Below are positions 23,655 through 37,630 of a DNA stretch of 64,000 bases, one piece after another. The position numbers and the translations under genes are program-made. The notes below the pieces were generated by a model, which searched no databases, was not told the DNA's origin, and saw nothing but the letters and a program-made list of their open reading frames with translations. The stretch's first letter is position 1. The number at the start of each line of letters is the position of its first letter. This stretch comes from Neoconidiobolus thromboides FSU 785. Its lineage: Eukaryota; Fungi; Entomophthoromycota. The DNA is taken from assembly GCA_025603075.1 (NCBI GenBank), contig MU626314.1:1-64000 (forward strand). Reading direction: 5' to 3'.

Positions 23655-26630
23655 ATGGGTCATTTAGCTATTGTAGCAACATGTTCATTAAATCAATGGA
23701 GCTTAGATTTTACTGGCAATTTAAGAAGAATTAAACAATCTATTATACAAGCTAAACAAAAAGGAGCAAAGTTAAGAATTGGTCCAGAATTAGAAATAAC
23801 GTAAGAATATTATTTATATTGATATATAGAATATAGAATATAGAATGTATTCCTATTATTAGTGGCTATGGATGTCAAGATCATTTTTTGGAAAGCGATA
23901 CTTATCTTCATGCTTGGGAATCTTTATATGAATTATTATCAGATGAATCACTTTATGACATTTTAATTGATGTAGGAATGTAAGTATAAATTAACTAATA
24001 AGAGTAATGATTTGAATTGAATTTTATTTAATAACTTAGGCCAGTACGACATAAAAATGTGAATTATAATTGTCGTGTATTTTTTTATAATAGTCAAATA
24101 TTATTAATTCGACCCAAACAATGGTTAGCCAATGATGGTAATTATAGAGAAATGAGATGGTTTACTCCTTGGTTACAACCTCATTTTATTGAAGATCATT
24201 ATTTACCTAGAATTATTAGAGAATTAAAAGGACAAGTAAGTAAAGAAAAGGAAATTAGTTTTTTTTTTAAAATTTATTATTTATAGGAAACAGTTCCATT
24301 TGGTGATGGTGTTATTTCTACTTTAGACACTTGTATTGGGGTGGATATGTGTGAAGAATTATTTACTCCTAATAGGTAATTTTATTATTATTAAATAAAT
24401 AAATTTTAATATAAATAATAGTCCCCATATCCACATGGGATTAGATGGTATTGAAATATTTACAAATGGTAGTGGTTCTCATCATGAATTAAGAAAATTA
24501 CATAAAAGGATTGAGCTAGTTAAAGGAGCTACTACAAAGGTAATAATAATAATGATACATATATTTAATAGACTTAAATTAATTAATAATTTATTTAATA
24601 TTTTTAGAGTGGTGGTGCTTACCTTTATGCTAATCAAAAAGGGTGTGATGGAGATCGAGTTTACTATGATGGTTGTTCAATGATTGCATTAAATGGGGAA
24701 CTATTAATTCAAGGAAGCCAATTTTCATTGGATGATGTAGTAAGTTATTTAATTCTCCTCTTTAAACAAAAAGCGTACAGCATACAACATACAACATACA
24801 ACTAAATACAAATAATATCTGAGTAACTAAATTTAATTTTAATCTAGGAAGTTTTAATAGCTACCGTTGATTTAGAAGCTATTCGTACTTATCGTACAAG
24901 CTTTAAAGCAAGATCATTACAAGCAGCTAATACTAAAAAATATCCAAGAATTAAGGTCAATTTTGCATTGTCAATTAATAAACCAATTCCCGGTTTAAAA
25001 CCCAGTAAACCCCAGCTACCAAGGTATCATACACCAGCAGAAGAAATTAGGTAAACAAGTTTTTATGAGTTGATAAATATATATTAATATATTTATTATT
25101 ATTATTATCATTATCAGTTTAGGGCCAGCTTGTTGGTTATGGGATTATTTGAGACGATCTAATCAATTAGGTTATTTTTTACCATTAAGTGGAGGATTAG
25201 ATTCTTGTTCAACTGCAGTTATTGTAGCATCTATGTGTGATTTAGTAATTAAAGCATGTAAAGAAAAAAGTAAGTTAATTTGTAATTTAACTGATCAGAT
25301 ATATTTATTTAAACTTTATTTTTTTATTATAGATGAAATTGTAATCAATGATGTTAAAAGAATTACTGGTTGCATACCAAAAACCGGTAAAGAATTGGCA
25401 AAGTAAGTAGTTTTTTTATTATGCACTTTATTTTTTATATTAAATTTTTAATCAATCCCAATAGCCATATTTTCCACACGGGTTATATAGGAACTGCACA
25501 TTCTGGTACAGCAACTCGACAAAGAGCTGCTAAATTAGCCGAAGAAATAGGAAGGTAAGATTTTTTTATTCACTTATATCATATTATATTATATCATATC
25601 ATATCATATGATTCATCTCCCTAATAATATCAATCCAGTCTAATATATACAAATATAGTTATCATTTAGATTTCAATATGGATAATGTAATCAGTAGTAT
25701 TCTTGCACTATTCACTTTAGTGACTGGAAATACACCAAAATTTTCAGTACATGGAGGTAGTAATGCAGAAAATTTGGCTTTACAAAACATTCAAGTAATA
25801 GTCATTATAGCCTAATACAACTACGACCATTAATTTTTTTCTATTTTAGGCACGAATGCGAATGGTATTATCTTATTTATTTGCCCAATTATTACCATGG
25901 TGTCGAGGCAAGGTAGGCGGATTATTAGTCTTAGGTAGTGCCAATGTAGATGAGAGTTTACGTGGTTATTTTACTAAATATGATTGCTCCTCAGCTGACT
26001 TAAATCCAATTGGTTCGATTTCTAAATTGGACTTAAGAATGTTTTTAGAATATGCTCATCAAGCTTTAAAGTTGGATTCGTTACCTAGGTAAGTTTAAAA
26101 AATCAAAAAAGAAAAGTTGAATATATTTTTTTTTATCAACAATTAATTTTTTCTATTTTAGCTTTTTACAAGCTCAACCTAGTGCCGAATTGATCCCAAC
26201 AATAATTAAAGAAGGAGAACTTTCGTGTGGTGAACAACTTGATGAAGCTGAAATGGGTATGACTTATAGCGAACTTTCTATCTTTGGTCAATTACGAAAA
26301 ATTGATAAACTTGGGCCTTACTCTATGTTTTTAAAATTAATATCAGAATGGGGAGATCAATCTAGCTTAAGTGAAATTGCAGTTAAAGTAAAACGGTTTT
26401 TCTTTTATTATGCAATTAATCGACATAAAATGACCACTTTGACACCAGCTTATCATGCGGAACAATATTCCCCGGATGATCATAGGTTTGATTTAAGGCC
26501 TTTTTTGTATAATCCGAAATTTGATACACAATTTGAGAAGATTGATAAAGTGGTTAAACAGTTTGAAGAAGACGAGAAAGTAAAGTCAAAAAATGAGAAA
26601 GTAATAGAGAATGAGAAAAAGGAGATGTGA
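23655..26630 (+). CDS. QNS1: Glutamine-dependent NAD+ synthetase, multi-exon
   Basis: N-terminus [26 protein letters not shown]; [12 protein letters not shown]; [11 protein letters not shown]; [20 protein letters not shown]; [21 protein letters not shown]-type C-terminus. Confidence 0.95.
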
Positions 26631-27218
26631 AATTAGATTAAATGATTTTTTTAAAATAAAAATTTAAGACAAATTATTAAACTGAGATCCTATTACTTAT
26701 TTTTTAAAATTCAATGAGAATGTACATTAATATTCTGAATTATCACTCAATAATATATAATTTATTTAAAATAGTATAATATATAAACTTTAAATATTAT
26801 TACATTTATTCGAAAAATTAGTCAACTTCTATAGCTATAATTTAATAGCATTTAGTGAATTTTGTGAAAATTCTCTAGGAACTTTTACTAAATTGGGCAA
26901 TTTTAAAATGGAACAATGTTCAGTTATTGATACTTTGAATAGAATACAATACAAATTGCTTTTGTTGATAAATTTTTATTAAATTATATAATTATATAAT
27001 AACATAATTTCTTTAAATACATATATATACTTATATTATATATATAAAATCGAATAATATAAAATATATAATAAGAAATTTTGATTTTCTAATTAGTAAT
27101 TTAAGTTTACCAAGTTTATTTAAGCCAATTAAAATTATTCTAATAAAAATGAAGTCATTCAAGAGAAAAAATAATTGACTAAGGTTCCAAATATTTTTTT
27201 AAAGTTTATAATTGAAAA

Positions 27219-28042
27219 ATGAGTTGGTAAACTAACTATTTGTATTAAATAATAACAAGTAATAGCAGTAATAATATAAATTGCAATAGGAAAGGATTTA
27301 AAAAAGCAGTCGATAGATTACCTCATAATTTAAAATCCAAAGTTGGGTTATCAAAAGGTAATATTGATATCTAACATTGAAAATTTATAATTTTAATTAA
27401 ATTCATTCGGTTTTATTTATTTATTTATTTATTTATTTATTTCTATTTTATTTTTAGGTGGTATTTCTCAAGATGAAGATTTTGAGCTATATGACAGTCG
27501 ATTACGTGGTATGGAAGAAGATTTTGATTTATTTTTAGGTCAATTAAATCAATACCGTAGTTGTGCTAATGGTAAATTAATTTATATTGATACTGTTAAC
27601 ACAAAAATTAATTAAACTGTGTTTTTATATAGCATTTTTAAATCATCAATATGAAATTTCAGTATTACTTTCATCATTATATGAAGCTATTGGTGATAAT
27701 GATAAAGCTAATATTCAGTCTGAATTTAAAAGAGCTATTTTATTATATTTAGAAACTTCAACAAGTATTAAAGTTACTGTTTCAGATTTATTAGTAAGTT
27801 GATAAAAATAATATAATATTTTTATTAATCTGTTTTTTATTAGTATCAATTAGATGATAGAGTAATTAAACCAACTACTGAAGTTGTATCAAATTTGAGA
27901 AGTATTCGTAAATTGATTTTAAAGAGAGCTCATAAATTAGTTGATTTAAACCGACATAGTGAAGTAGTTACTAAATTAAATAGTAAAGTCAATAGAGATG
28001 TTTCAGATGAAAAGAAATTATATAAGGTAAATAATAATAGTC

Positions 28043-28087
<45 letters not shown>

Positions 28088-28962
28088 TCATTATAATTAT
28101 GATTATGTTAATAAACTAATCTTGTTTTAATAGTATGAACAATTAACACAAATAGCAGATCAAGAATATAGTCAAATTAATGAGATATTATTAAATGATT
28201 TACCTAAATTGTTTGATTTAAAAAATGAATTTTTATATCCAATATTTATAATAAGTTTTCAAATACAACATCAAGTTAGTAGTATTTATTTTGAATCTAT
28301 GAGTCAATTAAATAAATTAAATCAATTAGATTGGAACACAAGTCCAATACAAGGCTTTGAACTAAAAAAACAAAATTATGAGCATTTATTTACTAAAATT
28401 GATTTCTTATCTAATTCTATTGGTCGTAAAGCAAGTTCTAATTTTATGGATCGATTAAAAGCAAAATCCGAAGAATCAAATAGTAGATTATCAATTAATA
28501 ATGAAAAAGATAACAATTTAAGTGGTCATCGTAACCGATTTGGGTCTATCTCTACAACAACTTCTAGTAATAATAATAGCAATAATAGTTTATTAGTACC
28601 AAAATCATTATCTCATCAACGATCTGTATCTAATCCAATTAATTTACAACCCCCACCAGCTTATAATTTAAGTGCACCAACTTCACCTATATTAAGAAAA
28701 GCACCACCACCACCTGCACCTAAATTACCTAAAGCTAGAGCACTTTATGATTATAAAGCTCAAGAAGTGGGTGATTTGGAATTTATGGAAGGAGATATTA
28801 TTGATGTTATTAAAAAAACTAATAGTAACGAAGATTGGTGGACAGGTAAATTAAAAAGTAAAATTGGGGTATTTCCAGGTAATAAAGAAATAGATTTTTA
28901 TTATTACAGGATAAATATTGATTATATTGTATTCTTTAGCTAATTATGTTGAATTGATTTAA
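27219..28962 (+). CDS. RVS167: N-BAR + SH3 amphiphysin-like protein, multi-exon
   Basis: Spliced N-terminus MSWKGFKKAVDRLP; helical BAR region; Pro-rich linker; canonical SH3 ALYDY..EDWWTG..GVFPANYV. Confidence 0.85.
28044..28086. repeat. (AAT)n microsatellite in an RVS167 intron
   Basis: Direct reading of the sequence. Confidence 0.95.
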
Positions 28963-31355
28963 GAACAATGGGAAGAAGATAAGTTTGAGAAAGATTTTAA
29001 TTGAGTTAGAAATATGAAAGTAAAAGATATTATGTTAAATTATTATAAGAAAATTTTGAATTTTATTTTTATTATTAATTTTTAGATTGAATTTTATTTT
29101 TATTATTAATTTTTAGATTGAATCTTAATTTACAGTATAATTTTTAATAAAATTCTTTTTGTTTTAAGAAATCAAATTTCAGAATTTCAGTTCAATTGGA
29201 AATCTTTAAATTTATTAAAATTAAATTCTTTGCCCAAAAAATTAATAATTTTATGTGCATACACTTGAGTTGCATTTTATTCACTTTATTTTATTCATTA
29301 ATTTATGTGGTAAATTTTATTATTCTTTTTTTATATTTCAACTTGATAAGTGGTGAGGTTTAAAAATAAAAAGCATAATAAAAATATTAAATTATTTCAT
29401 TAAACATTTCAACTTATAAGCGGTGATGCTCAAAAAAAAAGTCCAAAAATAAATGAATTTAGTAAAAAGAGATTAAAAGTTAGCGGTATTTTATTAATAA
29501 AGAAAAGTAATAATTTTATTATTATCAAACATTTGAGCCATTATTTTCAAGCTTAATTTCTTTTAAAATTGAACTAAATTCAAACATTAAAGTTATCTTT
29601 ATCACCTTTATTGAAATTAATAAAAAAGAAAATGTAATAATTCTCCTTTTTTTGATAGTTTTAGCGAATATAAAGAAGTTACAAATAAAATATTTGACAA
29701 TTCCTTTTTCTCTTTTTATAAAGTAAAATGAAATCAGTATTTAGACTTTAAATTATTTTAATCTCATCTTAGTAATTTCAACTATTAAAAATAACTAAAG
29801 TTTTTATTAAAAAATGAATAAATTTTATTTGCATTTATAATTATTAAAAGATTTATTAAAAGATTTAAAAAATATCTCAATAATTAAACTCTATTACTAT
29901 TATTATTCAACTAAAAAAAATAGTTAACTTAGTTAAGTTAATTCAACAAATAGTAACAGTTATTAATAGTAATACTTAACTGAATTGTATATTTAAAATC
30001 AAAATTTATTTTTTTCAAAAACTTGTTTATTAATTAATTGGCAGTTAATAGAATTAAGATAACAATTTTTAAATTTTTTAAATAAAAATAAAATTTAGAA
30101 AAAACAATTCCTAAACTATACTTAGTTAAATGTAATATGATATATGATATATGATATATGTATTATTAGTATTAAAATAGAATTTAATAGGTAAAAAAAT
30201 GAAAAATCATTATTAAAAAAGATTCTATTTATTATTGTTTCGAATAAAGCCTAAATACAGAATAATAATTAATATCTTGGCAAAAATGAAAGTAATTAAT
30301 TAAGATACTTATTATTAGGTATTTGGTTTATTTAATATAATTTACCAAATGATATGAATATCACTGTAATTATTTGATAGCATATAATCAAAATCGATTA
30401 ACTTTAAAACTTAATAATTTCTTTAAACATTCAAACTACTTGAATGTCATAAATAAATGTTAAATAAAATCATTAAAATGTTCTATTAAATAATACTTTA
30501 ATTTTCCATCACTAATTAAAGCTAATAAAATTTAAGGAAATTTAATTGTAAAAAATCAACAAGTAAAGAGAGATGACATCACTTAATTCAAAAAAACTCA
30601 AACAAATTGCCAATTAAAATTAAGGGTCATTGTTATCACTATTTTATCTTGATTGTTTAAAAGAGTCTTCTAATCTATTTTGTTTTAATTTAATTTAATT
30701 TAATTTAATAACAAAGTAAAATAGAAAGTATAGAATATAAAATAAACTTCAACATGAGGCTAATAATAGCAGTTAAAACAATTTTTTTAATTAAACTAAC
30801 TTTTATTTTTATTTTGGCTAATTGGACAATTAATACTGTGCTTAAAGTAGGGGAACTTTGTATAAAAATATTCAAGTTAATTTGTTCCAATTATATTTGA
30901 TTCGATTCTTTTTATTGGTCTATTTTTATTTTACCATCTGAAGTGCTTACTTTTTTAAGCCTAAAATAAAAAAGCGTGTTATTTTAATATAAAAAATTAC
31001 TATTTTTTTAAGAAATTGAATCTGGAAGTAGTTAACTAATAGTAACTGTTGATTGGATAATAAAATAAATATAGAAAGACCCAATCTTTTTTTCCCAATT
31101 TTACATAAAAGAAAATTCAAACCACTCAATTAATTTGTAGTACCCCACGATTAAACAACATAAAATTTAATTATTTAGATTTAGGAATATTTTATAAAAT
31201 AAAAAATTAATGACATTACTTTTATCTTTTTATCTTTTTTTTATTTAATTTTTTTAATTTTCTTTTATAAAAAATTATCATTTCATTTAGTTTAATTTAT
31301 TCAATACTTCCTTAATTCATATTCTATATATACATACCTCTATTGATATAGCTAT

Positions 31356-31474
31356 TTACAACTTACAACATATAATATATAATATATAACATATAATATA
31401 TAATATATAATATATAACATATAGTATATAACTTATAGCTTACAACTTACAACTTATAACTTACAACTTACAAT
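31356..31474. repeat. Period-7 composite tandem array (TTACAAC / ATATAAT / ATATAAC variants, about 17 units) just upstream of the BEM1-like ATG
   Basis: Direct reading; the phase is kept across the variant units. Confidence 0.85.
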
Positions 31475-31488
31475 TAAAATAAGTGATT

Positions 31489-32022
31489 ATGATGTTATCT
31501 AATGATCATGGTAAAACAACCCCTACTAATTTTACAATTACTACAAGTAATACTAGTAATTTTAAAAGTTATTCAGTAGTAAGAGCAATTCAATCTCATC
31601 AAGCTCGGAGCAATCAAGAATTTACTTTTGAATTAGAAGATTGTTTTTATATGCAAAAAATGAGCAATAATAAAGATTATTTGCAAGTAATCCATCCCAA
31701 AACTAAACAAATAGGATTAGTGCCAACATCGAAATTTGAAATGATTAAAAGTACCACTCCAAGTAAATCTAGTTTAAGAAATCAATATAAACCTAGTAAG
31801 ACTATCCTGGCTTATGTATTAATTAATTGTCATAAATTTAAAGCAGATGATTTAGAGGCATGTAGAGGGGATCCAATATTGATATTAGAAGATGTTGATG
31901 AACATTATTATTTAGCTAAATTAATTGGGAAATTAGGTTTACCTGGTAAAATATTAAAAGAAAATGTGGAAATTAAAGAAGAATTATTACCATCAGCTCC
32001 AACTTTAACTTCAAGTTTTGAA

Positions 32023-32086
<64 letters not shown>

Positions 32087-32994
32087 TAGCTGTTAATTTA
32101 AAAAAAAATAATAGTACAGGTTCAACTCAACAAAGAAATGTAATTAATGAAAGAAATAAACCTAGTTTATCTCGTCGTTCAGAATCTACACCAAATGCTC
32201 AAATTATTTCTACTATTGATGGACTTTCCGATCAATTATCTAACTGGGGTATTTTAAGTAATGATCTTAATAATCAATATAATTCAGATGAACATCACAT
32301 ACTCGATTTCAATAAAAATATAATTCCAATTGCATCCATTCTTGTAAATCAAGTTATTAACAAGAATATAATTGAATTGTTAATATTATATAGTGATTCT
32401 AGTAATCAAATAGTTCATTGTAAATCGGAACAATTACAACAGATGCATTTAAAATTATTAGAACAATTTCCCAAGGAAGCTGGCTTAACTGGGGAAGAAA
32501 GAAAACTTCCATATATTCCTACATTGGAAGAAGGACAAGCTATTAATCAACAATTTATTTCTGAACTAAAATTATATTTTATTCATTTATTAAATGTATC
32601 TAGTTATATATTAAAAAGTGATTGTTTAATTGATTTTTTTCAACAAAATCAAATTAAAATGGACAAAGGAATGAAGGAATTGAATTTAGAAGATACAACA
32701 GTAAAGAGTAAAAATAAATTAGTGACTAGTGAATGTACTCAGCGATTAAATAATTACGGTCAAATTAAAATTAAATTACAAAGTAATAACGATATGATGG
32801 CTTTTTGGTTGAAAGGAGAAGAATTAACTTTAGATATTTTATTCAATAAAATCAAAGAAAGACTTGGTTGTTTACCAAAGTCTATCTGCTACGTTAATCC
32901 TGAAAATGGTAAGAAGTCTCCTTTAGATTCATTTGAAAACTTAAAAATAGCCGTAGAACTTAATCCATCCAAATTATTTTTGGTAGCTCAATAA
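31489..32994 (+). CDS. BEM1: Bem1/Scd2-like polarity scaffold (SH3-SH3-polyAsn-PX-PB1), intronless, divergent
   Basis: Domain order plus LAKLIGKLGLPG (Bem1 AKPIGRLGGPG), LLEQFPKEAG..ERKLPYIP (PX) and IKIKL (PB1). First ATG is at 31489; 20-Asn tract at 32023-32082. Confidence 0.8.
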
Positions 32995-34018
32995 ATAAGT
33001 TAACGGTAACTTTGAGTTCAATTGTATATTTCATTCCCATTTTTTATTTTAAAAATCATTTAATAGTCCTTTGACCTTATCTCTACCTCTTAATTTTCAT
33101 TTAAATAAATCAATCTTTTATTATTACTTGAATTTTTTAAGGGATTAATAATTTTTTATGGTGCTATTCAGAATAATATTGAAGAATAATCAATCTATTA
33201 TTATTATTATTTTAAATGATTAAATTAATTTAACTTAACTTAACTTAACTTAACTTGAACTATATTAAATAATCAATAATAAAATAAGTATTAAAATTAC
33301 TAGCATTAACTAGTTAACTGATAGTGAGAATAATTGTCCTTTTATTAGAAGTATTTTCCCCCTTGAAAATTCACATTGAGAAGATAATTGCATTAATCTT
33401 GAATTTCAAAACTATTTGAGTTTTTTTTACTAATCTAAATTAAGTAAAAATTCTTTTGAAATCTTCAGCAGCACAAAAAATAATCGAAAGAAGTATGATC
33501 GAAAACAAAAAACAGTTTCCACATTGTATTGTCCTATCTCTAATTTTATTAGTTTCCACTTGAGTTTGAGTTATTAAAGAATAAGTAGCATAATGAGGTG
33601 AAAGTATAAAGTTGATAATAATAATCAACATTTAATATTTAGAGCTAAATAATTTAGAAAATGGGTAATTTAAGTTATGTCACATAAGCGGAAAATGGAA
33701 TGAAAAAAGGAGTAAGAGTTATATTGAATTAGTAAAAAATAATATACGAAAATTTTATAATTCAAAGTAGAATAGGATAATATTAAGGTTAATCAGATTA
33801 TTTATTGAATGTAATGAGCTATCGTTGATAAACAATTAAATATTAAAAAGATAACTTTTATTTAAAAATAAAAGGGAATTATTATAGGCTAAATGTCCTA
33901 TAAAGTGGTTAAATTGAATTAAATCAAGCGGAAGCTAAGATAAAAAGGAGATAATGATTTTATGTAAATATAAATATAAATATAAATATAAATATAAATA
34001 TAAATAATAATAATAAAT

Positions 34019-34123
34019 AATAGAGGGTATATTTCCTTGGTTGAGAATTTTGCTAAGAATTTTTCCACTCAAATAGTGTTTAAAAAATGGAAAAGCTAAC
34101 AAAACAAAGGAAACGTTCTTATT
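34019..34123 (+). mobile_element. MITE copy M11 (diverged)
   Basis: Core TTTTTCCACTCAAATAGTGTTTAAAAAATGGAAAAG; termini are eroded. Confidence 0.65.
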
Positions 34124-34467
34124 AAATTTTTATAATTCAAAAGACAATAAGGTAAATTAAACTAAGTTATTAGCATTTATTGGGGCCTAAAAAATAGATC
34201 GAAAAGAATTTGAGGGACCAAATTAATTATAAAATCTTTTGATATGCTTTTTTTATGAAAAAGTTCGATTCTATATCAGAAAAATCGTCACTATTATAAT
34301 TATAACAATTGTTTCTTAGTCCTAAAAAAATAGACATACGAAATAAGAAATAAGAAACAAGAGGTATATTTTTTATTTTATATATCAAAAACAAGCAAGG
34401 AATAGAAGTTCAAAATCACATCTTCACATCCTTTTCCTAGATCTAATCTTAACTTGTTTAAAAATTA

Positions 34468-34574
34468 ATATGGGGATGTATTTTTGTGTTTAAGAGCTTT
34501 ACTAATAATTTTTCCACTCAATTAGCACTTAAAGGATGGAAAAAGTAATAAAGCCAAAAAAAACATCTCCATAT
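34468..34574 (+). mobile_element. MITE copy M12
   Basis: ATATGGGGATGTATTTTT...AAAAAAACATCTCCATAT. Confidence 0.85.
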
Positions 34575-35281
34575 GCTACTTATTCCCAGTTTATATTTAA
34601 ATCCCAAGTAATAATGCCAAAATTAGCTATAAGAATGTCAAAGCAAAGATGTTAACAAATTTCAATAATTTAAATGTTGTAAATTAGCATTCTATCAAAA
34701 GTTTAAGTTGAAGATACAGAAAATGATACGAACAAAAGAGATAGAAGTTTCATTCAAATAACATAAAAAAACAATTTTTTTGTTATAGGTTAAATTCAAG
34801 ATAGCTATAAAATTAACTTTAACTAAAAGAAATTTTATCTTTAACTTTTTGTTTGAAAAATTAGTAGATTCTTTTTATATTTTTTTATGCTTAAAAAATG
34901 AATAAAAAGTAAGATTAAAACTATATTACTAAATATCCTTTCTCTAAGATTAACTACTTGAGTATCATGAAGGAATTGTATTTGCTAATTTTTTAGAGTA
35001 AACTTATATTATGACAAAGATTAGTTGTATATATAGTTTTAATCAAAATCAAATCATGATAGATATTGCTCATTAAACTAGTCCTAGATAAACAAAAATC
35101 ATTCTTAGTTAAAAGATAAATCAAAAATTGTTATGCAGTTGAATTGCTCTTTTTTTTTTTTTGCGATATTTGGTACTCAAAGGGTTAAAAATTTTATGGA
35201 ATTTTTTTTAACCAATAACATGTTATTATTTTCAAAACAATTAAATTTCAGAAAATTGAAAAAAAACTTTCATATTTTAAT

Positions 35282-37311
35282 ATGGTTTTAAAGTTAATTT
35301 TATTAACTTTAACTAGAAATTCAATAAATGATATGGTGAAAGTTGATAAAAAGAAATTATTAATTAATAATATGAGATGGGTTAAAGAATATGAAACCAA
35401 AGCAAGGAAAAGTTCGAAAGTATCCTTAAATTCAATAGAAAAGAGTTCATTTAATGTATCGATGGACAACGAGTTCGAAAAACAATGGCTATTGGAACAA
35501 CCGAATTTAAATAATACTGTAAAAATTTATTTAAGATTAAGATCAATTAATTAATTATTTAGAGTGTAGAAACCATTAGTGAAGAAGAACTGAACACATT
35601 GTATAACGAATTATTTCCAAATAATAAGTTGAAACCATCGAAACAGATGTTAGAGGAAGAACTTTTTAGTATTATTGATATTTTAAAAATGAGAAATAAT
35701 AAAATTAGAAAATGGACAAAGGGTATGGTTTATCAAAAGCTACTTACTCTAGCTCAAATAAAAAATAGGAAGGAAATTTCTTTAATATTAATACACAAGT
35801 TTATATTTATTTGCTCAATAGTGAAAAATGAGGAAGCTGCTTTATTAGCTTTAGAAATAATAAATGAAAAGGGAATGCGTATCAATGAAAAGACGTATAC
35901 ACATATGATACAAATATATTCAAATAAAGGAGATTTAGAAAATTGTTTAAAATATTATAAAAGGATGAAAAAGGAAGGCTTGAAGCCTTATGATATGACA
36001 TATTCATTACTCACTAAAGTTTATTCTACATCTGGTAGGCTAGATGAAGCATTTATGATTTATCAAATTATGGAAAAAAAAGGTTTTAATATATCTAAGA
36101 GTACAATGAATTATTTAATTTTAGGTTATATTCAAGCTGGAAAGTTTGATAAAGCATGTGAATTGTTTGACAATATGAGATTTAAAGTTTACCGACCAAA
36201 TATATTAACATATACTATTATGATTAAGGCATGTATTAAACAAAAACTGATTGAAAAAGCATTCGATTTATTTGATTTAATGAAAAAAGATAGAATTGAA
36301 CCTGATTCAATATTTATGAGTAGTTTAATATTAGTTTGCTCTTCTAATAAAGATTATTACAATAAAGCATTGGAGTTATTTGATCAAATTTTGGAATTAG
36401 GATTAGAAATCAATGCACATACTTATGTTGCACTATTGATGAACGCAAGAAGATCAAATGATTTGGGTTATGCACGTAAACTATTTGCCAAATTAATAGA
36501 TTTCAATTTAAATGTAAGAAATATTCGAGTGCCATTACTTAATATATTGGATACTTATTCAACTTACTATCCACTTATTAAAAAAGAAAATAACTATAAA
36601 AGAGAAAATAAATCATTAAATACAGGTGAAGTTATTGAATTGTTAAATGGTGAGCTACCAATAAATAGTGAAGAAATAATTAAAGAAGTAGAACTTATAA
36701 TGATATGGTTTATTAGTCAATATGGGGCTAATCAACTCAAGCATTATAAAATTAAATTATTTCATTCACTGTTGCCTGTACATACAAATTATGGCAATTA
36801 TGAAAGAGCTTTAGAGTTATTTGATAACTATGAATATAAAGAGAATGATCTTTACGTTTTAAATCAAATTATACTTTTATGCTTCAAGTTTGGAAAAAAA
36901 GAAAAGTGTTTTAATTTATATAAGATAATTAATAAAATACTAAGGAGTTTACGATCAAATTCTATATTATCTTCAATAGAAAAAAAAGAATATATGGAAC
37001 AAAATTGTATAACAAATAAACTAGTTTTTGAAACTTATTGTAATTTAATTAATGGATTTTCAAAGTAAGTCGTATATTATAATAAAAATATAAGTTTTAA
37101 TTATTTATTTTGTAGCATAAATGAGTTAGATTTAAGTTTAATGATTTTAAATGAGGCCAATAAAGATAAAACAATCAATAAAAGACTAAAATTATATCAT
37201 TTTAAAGAATTATACATTAATATTCATAAATACGATAAGACGCATTTAAAACCAATAGCATTTGAACTTATACCAGGCCTGAAAAAAGTAATAATGAATG
37301 CTCAGAGATAA
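35282..37311 (+). CDS. Pentatricopeptide-repeat protein, probably mitochondrial, 3 exons
   Basis: Tandem ~35-aa PPR units (TYTHMIQIYSNKGDLENCLKYYKRMKKEGLKP; TYTIMIKAC..AFDLFDLMKKDRIEPD); in-frame splicing at about 35519-35562 and 37066-37116. Confidence 0.85.
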
Positions 37312-37630
37312 AATGGACAAAAGAACAAAAGTTGGAATATAAATTGAGAATTTAAAGCAAATGAAACTACTATAAAAGAGTTATCCTGGTACTAGTTTAT
37401 TATAGAGCTTAATAGAATGTTAATAATTTCGTTGTTAAATAATCATTTAGTTTTTGTAATTAAATAAATAAATATACTTAAATGTTTTTATTTTAACTCT
37501 CCTCCTACTATTGAGCTTAAAATTAAAGTAAATTAATAATTAAATTAATAATTGAATAATAATTTATATACTAAATAAAAATTATTTTTTACAATAAAAT
37601 TGAATTAGTTTTTAATAAAATTAAATAAAT

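Noticed and set aside
33230-33254. (TTAAC)n and nearby (ATAAAT)n at about 33965-34010 as telomeric repeats
   Set aside because: Short, internal, ordinary microsatellites.
30705-33631. Short AT-rich ORFs 30705-30890, 30947-31129, 33440-33631 (also 1106-1309 and 10825-11046)
   Set aside because: Ile/Leu/Phe/Lys-biased translations typical of noncoding AT-rich DNA, mostly with non-ATG starts.
6874-34574. Recurrent ~105-bp repeat as a CRISPR-like array
   Set aside because: Copies are dispersed, in both orientations and irregularly spaced, in a eukaryotic genome.
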